Notes: generated from the letters alone by a model not told the origin. A stretch of 64,000 nucleotides of DNA from an uncultured Helicobacter sp. (GCA_964630205.1 CAZVTM010000001.1:27069-91068), one strand, 5' to 3'. Shown: positions 1-9,160, numbered from the stretch's first letter. Translations and numbers: made by a program.

Positions 1-2
1 AG

Positions 3-809
3 GCCAAAAAAAGACGTATCCCCTATCTTGTCTACGACAAGGGGCTGGAAATAGTCAAAGAATACGAAAATAATATTACCTGGTCCGCAAAACTAAGGGA
101 GGCTCTTGCGGAGGATAGGATCATCCCTTATTATCAGCCGATAGTTGACTCAAAAAGCGGAAAGGTCGAAAAATACGAGGCAGTTGTAAGGCTGATTGAA
201 ACAAATGGCGCCGCCGTGTCCCCGTTTTTCTTTTTGGAGGTGTCAAAAAAAGCCAAGCTATACCAATCTATAACAAAAACCGTCATTGCAAAATCGTTTA
301 AAAAATTTGAAAACTCAAAGCATGCCGTTTCAATAAATATAACAACAGAGGACATACTCTCTCTTGGTGTCAGGGATTTTATTATTCAAAAACTATCTGA
401 ATCAGCCGGCAAAGTGAAGGTTATTTTCGAGATTGTAGAATCGGATGGTATAGAGAATTATGAAGAGGTTTCTAAGTTTATTGCCGACGCCAAAAAATAC
501 GGCGCAGAGATAGCGATTGATGATTTTGGTACTGGGTATTCAAATTTTGAACATATTTTGAGACTAAAAGTAGATTACATAAAAATAGACGGTAGTTTGA
601 TTAAAAATCTGCACATAGATAAGCATTCAGCTGTTATAGTGGAGACCATAGTCAGCTTTGCTAAAAAGCTCGGTATAAAAACGGTCGCAGAGTTTGTACA
701 CTCAAAAGACGTTATAGATAAGGTTGCTTCAATGGGAATAGACTATTCTCAAGGGTTTTACCTCTCAGAGCCAAAAGAAGAGCTTTCCGATAGGCCGTTT
801 CTACCGTGA
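3..809 (+). CDS. EAL-domain c-di-GMP phosphodiesterase, C-terminal portion (5' end outside window)
   Basis: The frame is open from nt 3, so the GTG at 216 in the ORF track is internal. The translation carries EAL-family blocks YYQPIV, KYEAVVRL, FEIVES, DDFGTGYSNF, IKIDGSLI, YSQGFY. Confidence 0.85.
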   Translation, partial: AKKRRIPYLVYDKGLEIVKEYENNITWSAKLREALAEDRIIPYYQPIVDSKSGKVEKYEAVVRLIETNGAAVSPFFFLEVSKKAKLYQSITKTVIAKSFKKFENSKHAVSINITTEDILSLGVRDFIIQKLSESAGKVKVIFEIVESDGIENYEEVSKFIADAKKYGAEIAIDDFGTGYSNFEHILRLKVDYIKIDGSLIKNLHIDKHSAVIVETIVSFAKKLGIKTVAEFVHSKDVIDKVASMGIDYSQGFYLSEPKEELSDRPFLP

Positions 810-1117
810 TACTTATCTATATGACCGCAAAAGATAAGGCGGAAGCGGCAAAAATAGCAAAAGAGCTGCTCTCCAAAAAGATGATAGCATGCGCAAATAT
901 ATTTGAAGGTGTAACCTCCGTGTATGAGTGGAACGGTCGGCTTTGCGAAGAGGGCGAGGTTGTTGCGGTGATGAAAAGCAGGGCCGAATTGTTCGAGCGG
1001 ATAAAAGATGAGATTTTAAGTATGCACTCTTACGAAAATCCGGCGATAGTGTGTATGAAGGCGGATGGGGCGAGCGAGGCTTTTACTGAATGGATAGAGA
1101 GGCAAACCCCATTTTAA
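806..1117 (+). CDS. cutA: divalent-cation tolerance protein CutA
   Basis: 103 aa. The GTG start overlaps the EAL stop (GTGA). [32 protein letters not shown] matches the CutA1 family pattern. Confidence 0.85.
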   Translation: MILIYMTAKDKAEAAKIAKELLSKKMIACANIFEGVTSVYEWNGRLCEEGEVVAVMKSRAELFERIKDEILSMHSYENPAIVCMKADGASEAFTEWIERQTPF

Positions 1118-1580
1118 TATCTTTTTTTACATCTTCGCCGACGTATCCGGCCTCTGTTAGTGCCGTAGCGTCGGCTACGGCAAACGGTACATTCATGATG
1201 CGGGCTAGGCTTTTTGCCAGTAGCGTCTTGCCGCTCCCAGTAGGGCCGATGAGTAGGATATTGCTTTTTTCAATTTCTACGCCTCTGTGGATAGGCTTTT
1301 CTATTCGTTTGTAGTGATTATAGAGGGCTACCGCCAAAGTCATTTTTGCTTTTTCTTGACCTATGCAGTAATTATCGAGGAATTTTACTATTTCAGCAGG
1401 TTTTGGCAGCCCTTTTTGAAATTTTGTTTTTTCTTCCTTTAGCCTCTCTTTGTCAAGAACGGCGTGGCATGTCTCTATGCACTCATCGCATATCGAGATG
1501 TTTTCGACAGAGAACATTTTTTTTGTATCTTTTTGGCTTTTCCCACAAAAAGAACAGACAGCCACGTCTTCCATGACCAA
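1083..1580 (-). pseudogene. clpX: ClpX-type AAA+ unfoldase, N-terminal ~40% only (truncated paralogue)
   Basis: The 165-aa ORF has a C4 zinc ribbon (CSFCGK..CDEC), [21 protein letters not shown] and Walker A GPTGSGKT. It leaves the ClpX pattern right after AGYVGEDV. About 250 aa (Walker B, sensor, C-domain) are absent. The last ~11 codons are antisense of the cutA 3' end. Confidence 0.8.
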
Positions 1581-1583
1581 CTC

Positions 1584-1976
1584 CTAGATTTTTTTTGATA
1601 CCTCGCGAAGCATATCATCTGCTTTTTCGCATCCATGGGCGGCTATCACTTTGATGCCAGCCTCTTCAAATACGATTTTGGTGTTTTTGCAAGCCTTGTC
1701 AACGCCTAGAATTCCACAATCTTTGACAATTTCCGCCATTATTCTATGGTCATTTTTGTGCTCTTCGGCATCGCCTTCGTGATGGCATTTGCCGTGAGCG
1801 TCTTCGCACTCGTGTTCGTGATCGGCGTTAATTCTAGGATTTGCCCTTAGTTCTACAAGTTTAAAGCTTTTGAACATTCCGCTGCCGTTTAGCTCGTAAA
1901 CTGCAAAAAACGGTGTGTGTCCGGCATTTTTAAATATCTTTAGACTTTCATTGTGTACAGGTATTGCTACTCTCAT
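1584..1976 (-). CDS. NifB/NifX-family (FeMo-cofactor-binding fold) protein with His/Cys/acidic insert
   Basis: 130 aa. It starts MRVAIPV...HFGHTP-like (NAGHTPFFAVYE) and has a C-terminal GI..V.A...G, as in NifX/NifB C-domain proteins. A central loop reads NADHEHECEDAHGKCHHEGDAEEHKNDH. There is a 3-nt gap to the clpX fragment. Confidence 0.6.
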   Translation of the reverse strand: MRVAIPVHNESLKIFKNAGHTPFFAVYELNGSGMFKSFKLVELRANPRINADHEHECEDAHGKCHHEGDAEEHKNDHRIMAEIVKDCGILGVDKACKNTKIVFEEAGIKVIAAHGCEKADDMLREVSKKI

Positions 1977-2024
1977 ATATTATCTCCGTTTTTTATCCGG
2001 ATTGTAGAGTCAAATAGCTTTCAA

Positions 2025-2225
2025 CTATCTTTTATGGATAGCGTCGCTTGGACATACAGAAACACAAGCTAGCTCTCCGCCGTCGCACTCTGTACATTTG
2101 TTTTCAAGAACAAAGAATATGTCCGCACCACTTGGATTTTTGTCGTTGTCTACTATTGCTCCGTTTGGGCATTCGTCGGCACAGGCCGCACAGTTGATGC
2201 ACTCTTCGTTGATAAATACTGCCAT
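2025..2225 (-). CDS. 2x[4Fe-4S] ferredoxin
   Basis: 66 aa with two cluster motifs (CINCAACADECP and CTEC...CVSVCP). Confidence 0.85.
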   Translation of the reverse strand: MAVFINEECINCAACADECPNGAIVDNDKNPSGADIFFVLENKCTECDGGELACVSVCPSDAIHKR

Positions 2226-2285
2226 GATTTTCTCCTTAGATTTTATTGCGTATTTATAAATGCATATTGGATTCCGTAAAAGCTG

Positions 2286-2301
2286 CGGAACACCAAATGC
2301 A
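2286..2301 (+). promoter_or_regulatory. candidate sigma54 (-24/-12) promoter upstream of nifB
   Basis: Sequence cGGAACaccaaaTGCA has GG and GC separated by 10 nt, as in TGGCAC-N5-TTGC. GGAAC matches the Campylobacter-type -24 element. The -12 GC lies 37 nt upstream of the nifB ATG, followed by an AAAGGAG SD. Confidence 0.45.
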
Positions 2302-2336
2302 AATACTCCTTCAAAGCTATTTTAAAGGAGTCCGAG

Positions 2337-3745
2337 ATGAGCTGCGGATGTTCAGGCGGCACTACGTCTACGATAGATGAGAAAACACTTTCAATGATAA
2401 ACGACCACCCATGCTACAGCAAGGATGCGCACTACTCTTACGCGAGAATCCACCTTCCGGTTGCCCCTGCCTGTAATATACAGTGCAACTACTGCAACCG
2501 TAAGTTTGACTGCTCCAATGAGTCAAGACCTGGGGTTACGAGCCAAAAGCTAAAGCCTCTTGATGCACTCAAAAAAGTGCTCCTCGTGGGAAGCGAAATC
2601 AAAAATCTCTCAGTCGTAGGTATAGCGGGTCCGGGCGACGCTCTTGCCAACCCGCAAAAAACATTTGAGACGCTGGCTTTGGTGCGTGAGTATGCGCCGG
2701 ATTTGAAACTTTGCCTATCTACAAACGGGCTTAAACTACCGGAATTTGTGGAGCAGATAAAAGAAGCCGGCGTAGATCATATCACCGTCACTATCAATAC
2801 GATAGACCCGAAAGTCGGCGCCCAGATTTATCCGTGGGTCTACTTTGAGGGCAAAAGATACAAAGGCGAAGAGGCTGCGGCACTACTGCTGTCAAAACAG
2901 CTAGAAGGCATCAAAAAATGCGTAGAAGCCGGTATCCTCATCAAAGCAAACTCCGTTCTAATCCCTGGTGTAAACGAAGATGATTTGCCAAATGTCTCCA
3001 AAAAACTAAAAGAGTTTGGCGTGTTTTTGCACAACATCATGCCGCTTCTGAGTGAACCGGAGTTTGGTACTTATTACGGGCTAAACGGCGTGCCTTCGGC
3101 TACGGAAGAGCAGCTAGCCAAAGCGCAAGAGGCGTGCGGAATGGATATTAGCCTGATGACACACTGCAAACAATGCCGTGCCGATGCCATAGGTATTTTG
3201 GGTGAAGATAGAAGCGCCGAGTTTGCCCTGAGAGCTTTGGCGATAAAAGCATGGAAGAGCTTGTGGCGCTATACGACATCGAAGGGCGTAAAAAAGAAAA
3301 AGAGAGAATTGAGAGCTTTGGGCTAATCCTAAAAGAGGTAAACGAGAGAGCTGAGAGTGAACGAAAAATGCTCTCATCAAGAGGCGAGACTGTTATGATG
3401 GCAGTAACTTCGAGCGATTTTGAAAGCGTCAATGAACACTTTGGAACCGTAAAAGAGTTCCTCATATATGAAGCGGGCGATATGGGCTTTAGATTTTTGA
3501 CCAAACGCTCCGTAGGTGCCGGATATTGCGCGGGTCCTGACTCTTGCGAAAATCCGATGGATGACATCAAGGCGGCTCTACACGATGTTAAGCTGCTTAT
3601 TACGGCAAAAATCGGCGGTTGTCCGCAGGATACGCTAAAAGAGGTCGGCGTGGTAAGTATAGAAAAATATGCAAAAGCGCCTATTGCCGAGGCGGTAATG
3701 TCTGCTGCAAAAGAGTATTTCGGACAAGAATCTGAAGAGGGGTAA
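2337..3745 (+). pseudogene. nifB: FeMo-cofactor biosynthesis radical-SAM protein NifB (radical SAM + NifX-like C-domain) split by one frameshift near nt 3230
   Basis: ORF 2337..3326 has HPCYS, CNIQCNYCNRKFDC (CxxxCxxC), GIAGPGDAL and CKQCRADAIGILGEDRS. A second frame (open from 3212 to 3745) continues with a linker and a NifX-like domain (MMAVTSSD..HFG..EFLIYE). A 1-nt indel around 3226-3232 would join them. Confidence 0.8.
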
Positions 3746-3762
3746 TCCTCAAAGGAGATATC

Positions 3763-4933
3763 ATGAGCCGCATCCTGATTAACGACACGACGCTTAGAGA
3801 TGGTGAACAGCGCCGTATGTCGCCTTTAGTCTCAAAGAGAAGCTGGAAATAGCAAAACTACTCGTGGAGGCAGGGGCGGATGAGCTAGAAATCGGTATTC
3901 CCGCAATGGGTGCAAAAGAGCGGGAGGCGGTAAGAGAGATACTTGCTCTTAACCTTAGTGTGCGACAAATGGGGTGGTGCAGGGCGACGGAGTCTGACCT
4001 CTGTGATGCTCTTGTCTGCGGGCTCAAAGCGGTTGATTTGTCTATTTCGACCAGTGAGCTACTCATGGAGGTAAAAAAACCTCTCAAAAGATAAGATATT
4101 TGCAAATTTGGAAAGCTCAATGACTCTGGCCAAAAAAGAGGGGCTATTTGTCTGTATCGGTGCAGAGGATGCGAGTCGTGCGAATGAAGGCTTCCTAAAA
4201 GAGCTTATAGGCTTTGTGAGTTCGCTTGGGGTGGATAGGTTTCGTTTTTGCGATACAGTGGGGATACTCACTCCAACGCAAACTTACAAAATTGTTAGTT
4301 CTATTACGGGCTGCGGTCTGCCTATCGAGATGCATACTCACAACGACTTCGGTATGGCAACTGCAAACGCCATAGCGGGCGTAGAGGCGGGAGCGACAAG
4401 TGTGAATACGACGACACTTGGTATAGGTGAGAGAGCTGGAAATGCGAGCTTTGAGCAGGTGACAATGAGCCTTATTTATCAGATAGGTGAGCAAAGAGAG
4501 ATGGATAGTGTAGCGCTAAAAGCTCTAACTGCCAAGGTCGCAAAAGCTAGCGGCATAGCCATAGCCGTCAATACTCCGGTCATCGACAAGAGGCTTTTTG
4601 CCCACGAGAGCGGTATACACGCTAGCGGCGTACTCAAAAACTCTGCCTCGTATGAGCCGTTTTCGCCAAAGGCGGTTGAGGGCAAGAAGGTGTATCCGAT
4701 AGGCAAGCACACGGGCAGAGACTCTATCTGCCACCGCCTTGAGTCTGTGGGCGTAGAGGCAAAAAAAGAAGAGCTTGGAGTTGTGCTTGACGAGGTGCGA
4801 GATAGCCTCAAAAATACACGACATAGTTGAAGACACGCTTTGGACCGAGTACAACGAGCTAAAACCGCTTAGCGAGCAAATTATCAAGGCTATCGATGAG
4901 TATTATGAGTTCAAAAAGGCAAATAATTTATAA
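3763..4933 (+). pseudogene. nifV: homocitrate synthase NifV with three frameshifts
   Basis: MSRILINDTTLRDGEQ, then out of frame. The rest reads in other frames as ..VAFSLKEKLEIAKLLVEAGADELEIGIPAMG.., ..HTHNDFGMATANAIAGVEAGATSVNTTTLGIGERAGNA.. and a C-terminal tail to 4933. Frames run 1>0>1>2, with lesions at ~3810, the A7 run 4073-4079 and the A5 run 4810-4814. Total length ~390 codons, as for NifV. Confidence 0.8.
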
Positions 4934-4943
4934 GGATTAAGCA

Positions 4944-5222
4944 ATGAAAGGTTGGGACGAGGAGCTATCCAAGACCGTAATATGCGAGTGCAGCGGAAAA
5001 ACAATTGGTGAGGCCATCTCAATCTTTCAGGGTACGGATTTGCCTTATAAAAAAGCAAAAAAATTGGTCACCGAATGTGACAAGACCTGCTGTCGCCAGC
5101 CATTGCAAAAGCTGTTTGACATGACTTATTTTGGCGAATTCGACATGCCAGAAATCGTCCGCCTCATAGAGATACGAAACAACCGCCTAAAACAGCTACT
5201 AGAATACATAGTCCCAAACTAA
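4944..5222 (+). CDS. BFD-like [2Fe-2S]-binding domain protein (tentative)
   Basis: 92 aa. VICECSGKTIGEAI ... TECDKTCC resembles the CxC-x(~30)-CxxC bacterioferritin-associated-ferredoxin pattern. It lies directly after nifV. Confidence 0.45.
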   Translation: MKGWDEELSKTVICECSGKTIGEAISIFQGTDLPYKKAKKLVTECDKTCCRQPLQKLFDMTYFGEFDMPEIVRLIEIRNNRLKQLLEYIVPN

Positions 5223-5264
5223 CCACCACCCCGCTATAATTACGCAAAAACTTTACGGAATAAT

Positions 5265-7208
5265 ATGGCCCTAATAGACATCAACGGACTCAAAAAAAGC
5301 TTTGAAGCGCAAAAAATCCTTGACGGTGTGGACTTCGTCCTAGAAAAAGGGGAGAGGGTATCGCTGCTAGGCAAAAACGGAAGCGGCAAATCTACGCTAC
5401 TCAAAATCATCATGGGGGAGATGGACTCTGATGAGGGGAGAATCATCCGCCAAAACGGTGTAGAGATCAAGATGCTCGCCCAAGACCCAAGGTTTGATGC
5501 GGAAGATACCGTGATAGAGTCGCTCAAAAAAAGTCTCTCCGAGTTGTTTGACGCACTAAAAGAGTTTGAGAGCGTCAATGAGCAGTTGGCACAAAACCAT
5601 GACGACAAAGAGCTACTCAAAAGAAGCGAAGAGCTTACACTATTTCTGGAACACCATTCGGCGTGGAATCTGGAAGATAAAATAGAGCGAATAGTAAGAC
5701 AGCTAAAGCTCGATGAGTTTCGCTCTCAGCGCACCGTGACGCTATCGGGTGGCGAGCAGAGGCGTGTGGCGCTTGCTAGCCTACTACTTCAAAAGCCTGA
5801 TATTTTGCTCCTTGATGAGCCGACAAACCACCTGGATGTATATATGGTCGAGTTTTTAGAAGAGCTGATACTAACTGAAAACTACACGATGATATTCATC
5901 TCCCACGATAGATACTTCATAGACCGTATCGCTACCCGCTGTATCGAGATAGACGATGCAAAGCTCAGAAGTTTTCGGGGTGGATACGCCAATTATCTAT
6001 CGGGCAAAGCGCAACTACTCGAAAACATGCGCACCGAACACGAAAATCTTTTAAGGCTTCTAAAACAAGAGGAGCACTGGTATCAAAGGGGTGTTAGTGC
6101 GAGGCGCAAGCGAAACGAGGGGCGAAAAAGAAGGTTGCTTGACCTTAGGGAACAGGCTAAGAAAAATCCGTCTGCAATCCGCAAAATGCGTGTGGAGCTA
6201 GAGAGGGAGAAAAAAAACTGGAACGGCGGAAGTGCGCAAAACCGTCAAAAAGAACTGTTTTGGCTTGAAAATGTCTCGTTATCACTCGGCGGTAAAGAGA
6301 TTATTAGAGACTTTACGGCGAGAATCCTTCAAAAAGACCGTATCGCCATAGTCGGACCAAACGGCAGCGGTAAGTCTACACTTTTGCGACTTCTTAGAGG
6401 CGAGTTGCGACAAGACAAGGGAAGTATCAGAGTCGGAGATTTCGCTAGCGGTTACTTTGACCAGAGCAAGGCTTCGCTGGACGATAGCAAGGATATTTTG
6501 GAGACATTTTGTCCAAACGGCGGCGACAGGGTAGAGGTGCAGGGCAGAAATATGCATGTATTCGGCTACCTCAAAAACTTCCTTTTTCCAAAAGAGTTTT
6601 TGGACAAAAAAATCGCAATACTCTCGGGCGGCGAGAAGAGCCGTGTGGCGCTTGCATTATTGTTTGCCAAAAAAGTGGATTGTCTGATACTCGATGAGCC
6701 AACAAATGACCTTGATATTCCGACCATCAATATCCTAGAGGAGTACATCCAAAATTTTGAAGGGTGTGTCATTTTTGTAAGCCATGATAGATACTTTGTC
6801 GACAAGCTTGCGAATAAACTTCTAATTTTTGAGGGCAATGGACGGATAGAGGAGAGCTATCAAAGATACAGTGAGTATCTGGAGATAGAAAGAGAGTTAA
6901 GGGAGCTTGGCGATATGGAGAGTATGGCGAGCACTCCCGAGTCGAAACCGAAAGAAGAAAAGCCAAAAAAAGAGGCTAAAAAACTTAGCTTCAAAGAGAA
7001 GATAGAGTATGAAAAATTGCCGCAGGAGATAGAGGCGTTGGAGGCAGAGATAAAGAGGCTTACAAACGCCCTCGGCGACCCTGAGATTTATCAAAAAGAG
7101 GGGATAAGTAAGCTTTCAATAGAGCTTGAGACCGCAGAGGTTGCGCTAAATGCTAAGATGGAGCGATTTTTTGAGATTGAAGAGAAGATAGAAGGATTTG
7201 AGGGGTGA
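5265..7208 (+). CDS. ABC-F family ATPase (Uup/EttA-like, two ABC domains + coiled-coil tail)
   Basis: 647 aa with two Walker A motifs (GKNGSGKST, GPNGSGKST), two LSGGE signatures and a Lys/Glu-rich C-terminal coiled coil. Confidence 0.9.
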   Translation: MALIDINGLKKSFEAQKILDGVDFVLEKGERVSLLGKNGSGKSTLLKIIMGEMDSDEGRIIRQNGVEIKMLAQDPRFDAEDTVIESLKKSLSELFDALKEFESVNEQLAQNHDDKELLKRSEELTLFLEHHSAWNLEDKIERIVRQLKLDEFRSQRTVTLSGGEQRRVALASLLLQKPDILLLDEPTNHLDVYMVEFLEELILTENYTMIFISHDRYFIDRIATRCIEIDDAKLRSFRGGYANYLSGKAQLLENMRTEHENLLRLLKQEEHWYQRGVSARRKRNEGRKRRLLDLREQAKKNPSAIRKMRVELEREKKNWNGGSAQNRQKELFWLENVSLSLGGKEIIRDFTARILQKDRIAIVGPNGSGKSTLLRLLRGELRQDKGSIRVGDFASGYFDQSKASLDDSKDILETFCPNGGDRVEVQGRNMHVFGYLKNFLFPKEFLDKKIAILSGGEKSRVALALLFAKKVDCLILDEPTNDLDIPTINILEEYIQNFEGCVIFVSHDRYFVDKLANKLLIFEGNGRIEESYQRYSEYLEIERELRELGDMESMASTPESKPKEEKPKKEAKKLSFKEKIEYEKLPQEIEALEAEIKRLTNALGDPEIYQKEGISKLSIELETAEVALNAKMERFFEIEEKIEGFEG

Positions 7209-7954
7209 CTCGTATAGTCGAGATAGCCGATGCTGCACTTTGGATAGGCAAAGAGATGATGGAGTCTGGGGCCGATAGTTCATCGGTAGAGGAGGCAATG
7301 CTTTCTTTTCTATGTGCAAAAGGTTTTGAAAATGTTGGGATATTAGTGCTACCAAAGTCCGTGTTAGTGACACTTAGCTATCAAGGTGGTTTTCATACAA
7401 AAATGAAGCATATAGACGACGTAACGCCAAATTTTGAGAGACTATCGTTGATATCGCAGTATGCATCAAATCCAACCTTCGAGTTCTCGGATTTTAAAGC
7501 CTCTGTGCTGCAAAAATCTCCGCCATTCGAGCGTCTGTCGTATTTTGCCGTTCCTATAGGTTGTGCTGCATTTGGGATGTTGCTTGGGTGTGACATATAC
7601 GGTGCCCTTGCCGTATTTTTAGCTGCGTACTCTGCCTTTATTTTGAAATCCAAGATTGTTAAGCTTGGCGTATCAATGATGTTTGTAAATCTTGTATGTG
7701 CATTTTTGGTGACCATAAGCGCCTACCTATTTTCAAGGGCATTTGGCGTTGAAGAGCTTGGTTTTGCTCAGGCCGCTTCCACATTTTTTCTGATTCCGGG
7801 GATTCAACTTATAAACACTTTTGAGGATATGTTAAAGGGGCATTATCTCAACGGTGCAGCAAGAGGTCTGCGCGCTATGTTTCTATCTTTTGGGATAGTG
7901 TTTGGAACCACACTTGCCATAGTAGCCGAGAGGAGTTTTGTGTGGATATTTTAA
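7205..7954 (+). CDS. threonine/serine exporter family protein (ThrE/YjjP-type)
   Basis: 249 aa. The N-terminal cytosolic segment with GADSSSVEEAM is followed by multiple hydrophobic helices. It is paired with a YjjB-like gene. Confidence 0.75.
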   Translation: MTRIVEIADAALWIGKEMMESGADSSSVEEAMLSFLCAKGFENVGILVLPKSVLVTLSYQGGFHTKMKHIDDVTPNFERLSLISQYASNPTFEFSDFKASVLQKSPPFERLSYFAVPIGCAAFGMLLGCDIYGALAVFLAAYSAFILKSKIVKLGVSMMFVNLVCAFLVTISAYLFSRAFGVEELGFAQAASTFFLIPGIQLINTFEDMLKGHYLNGAARGLRAMFLSFGIVFGTTLAIVAERSFVWIF

Positions 7955-8391
7955 TTAAGCCGCTTTTGGCCGTTGTGGCCGCAATAGGTTTTGCGATGGT
8001 GTTCAAAGTTCGCAAAGAGCAAATCTGGCTTGTCGGCGTATTCGCCTTTTTTGGCTATCTTGTGCGTAATATTTTTATCGGAATGGGTTTTGGAATAGAG
8101 TTGTCCGTGTTGGCCGGAGCATTATGCGTCGGTATAATGGCGGATATTATCGGCAAAAAAACAAAAACACAGCTAAGAATATTGAAAGTTCCTGCTGGGA
8201 TACCGATGATACCGGGGTCATTTGTATTTGAGGCGATAAAAAATTTAATTGTATTTGTTTCGTCGGCAACCTCGGATGCAGACAAACTTTCAAACTTTTT
8301 TTATTTCGGCGGAAAAAGTGTATTTATTTTGGCGGCGTTGGCATTTGGACTTACGGCTTCTTCCGTGATTCTGAAGAAAACTAGCTCTTAA
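7942..8391 (+). CDS. threonine/serine exporter family protein, small subunit (YjjB-type)
   Basis: 149 aa with 4-5 TM helices. It overlaps the upstream ThrE-type gene by 13 nt. Confidence 0.7.
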   Translation: MDILIKPLLAVVAAIGFAMVFKVRKEQIWLVGVFAFFGYLVRNIFIGMGFGIELSVLAGALCVGIMADIIGKKTKTQLRILKVPAGIPMIPGSFVFEAIKNLIVFVSSATSDADKLSNFFYFGGKSVFILAALAFGLTASSVILKKTSS

Positions 8392-9079
8392 GTCGCCTTC
8401 TTAGCTCTTTAGCTCCCCTTTTGCTACTGATTACGAAATCGTCAATGTCGTAAAAGTACATTTTGTACTTACTTTCATTCATTGATTCCATGGATTTTAT
8501 TTTGTCTAGATTTACTAGATAGCTCCTATGAACCCTAAAGAAATTCATCTCTTTGAGTAGTTGTTCGGCCTCTTTAATCTGCATTGATACTTTTGCCCTC
8601 TTTTGGGGACTAAAAACTTCTATGCTTATTAGGTTGGCCTTTATGAAAGATACTTCGCCGGCGTTAATAATTATTTTTTTCCCGTTTTGCTTGCCTATAA
8701 AAGACGGCGCAGTTTTATGCTCGACGGACTGAGATGTTTTTAGCTTGACGTTCTCTTCTCTAAGTTTTTTTAGTTCAGTAATGTCTTTGCCGACTGCTTG
8801 AAACTCTACAATCTCACCTTTTTAATCAAAAACCGCGGTATTTTTCCATTCATGCCATATACCGCTTCTAGTACCGTTTTTTATTTGATATATTATTTTG
8901 GCAAGAGGTCTTTTGGGTGTTATTTTTGATAGGTTTTCAATAATATTGTTGTGTTCTGCTTTTGGAACAAATTCCAATATGTTTGTTCCTAGTATGTCAC
9001 TAAATTGCTTTTTAAAATGTTTGCAATAAGCTTCGTTTACGTAAATGATATTTAGATTCTTGTCGAACAAACACACCAT
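8381..9079 (-). pseudogene. PAS-LytTR one-component transcriptional regulator interrupted by an in-frame TAA (8822-8824)
   Basis: ORF 8822..9079 is a PAS-like segment (MVCLFDKNLNIIYVNEAYCKHF..ILGTNILEFV). The same frame continues after the TAA (KGEIVEFQAVGKDITELKKL...KIIINAGEVSFIKANLISIEV..) into a LytTR domain (FFRVHRSYLVNLDKI). The region is AT-rich by eye. Confidence 0.75.
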
Positions 9080-9160
9080 TTCCTCTTGAATGTCGATGAG
9101 AGGGCGGTATCTATCTTTTACTATTTGTAGTGCAGCATTGGAAGTTTTAAATTAAGAAGT

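Noticed and set aside
216-218. GTG at 216 as the start of the EAL protein.
   Set aside because: The frame is open to the window edge, and the upstream translation already contains the first EAL blocks (YYQPIV, KYEAVVRL). The gene is 5'-truncated by the window.
2282-2295. Sigma54-like TGGTGTTCCGCAGC on the minus strand, which could have served the ferredoxin operon.
   Set aside because: The GG to GC spacing is one nucleotide short of the -24/-12 geometry. It is just the reverse complement of the plus-strand site.
8822-8824. Programmed read-through or recoding at the in-frame TAA of the PAS-LytTR gene.
   Set aside because: TAA is the least leaky stop, no recoding context is evident, and other accessory genes in the window are clearly decaying. 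A nonsense mutation is the simpler reading.
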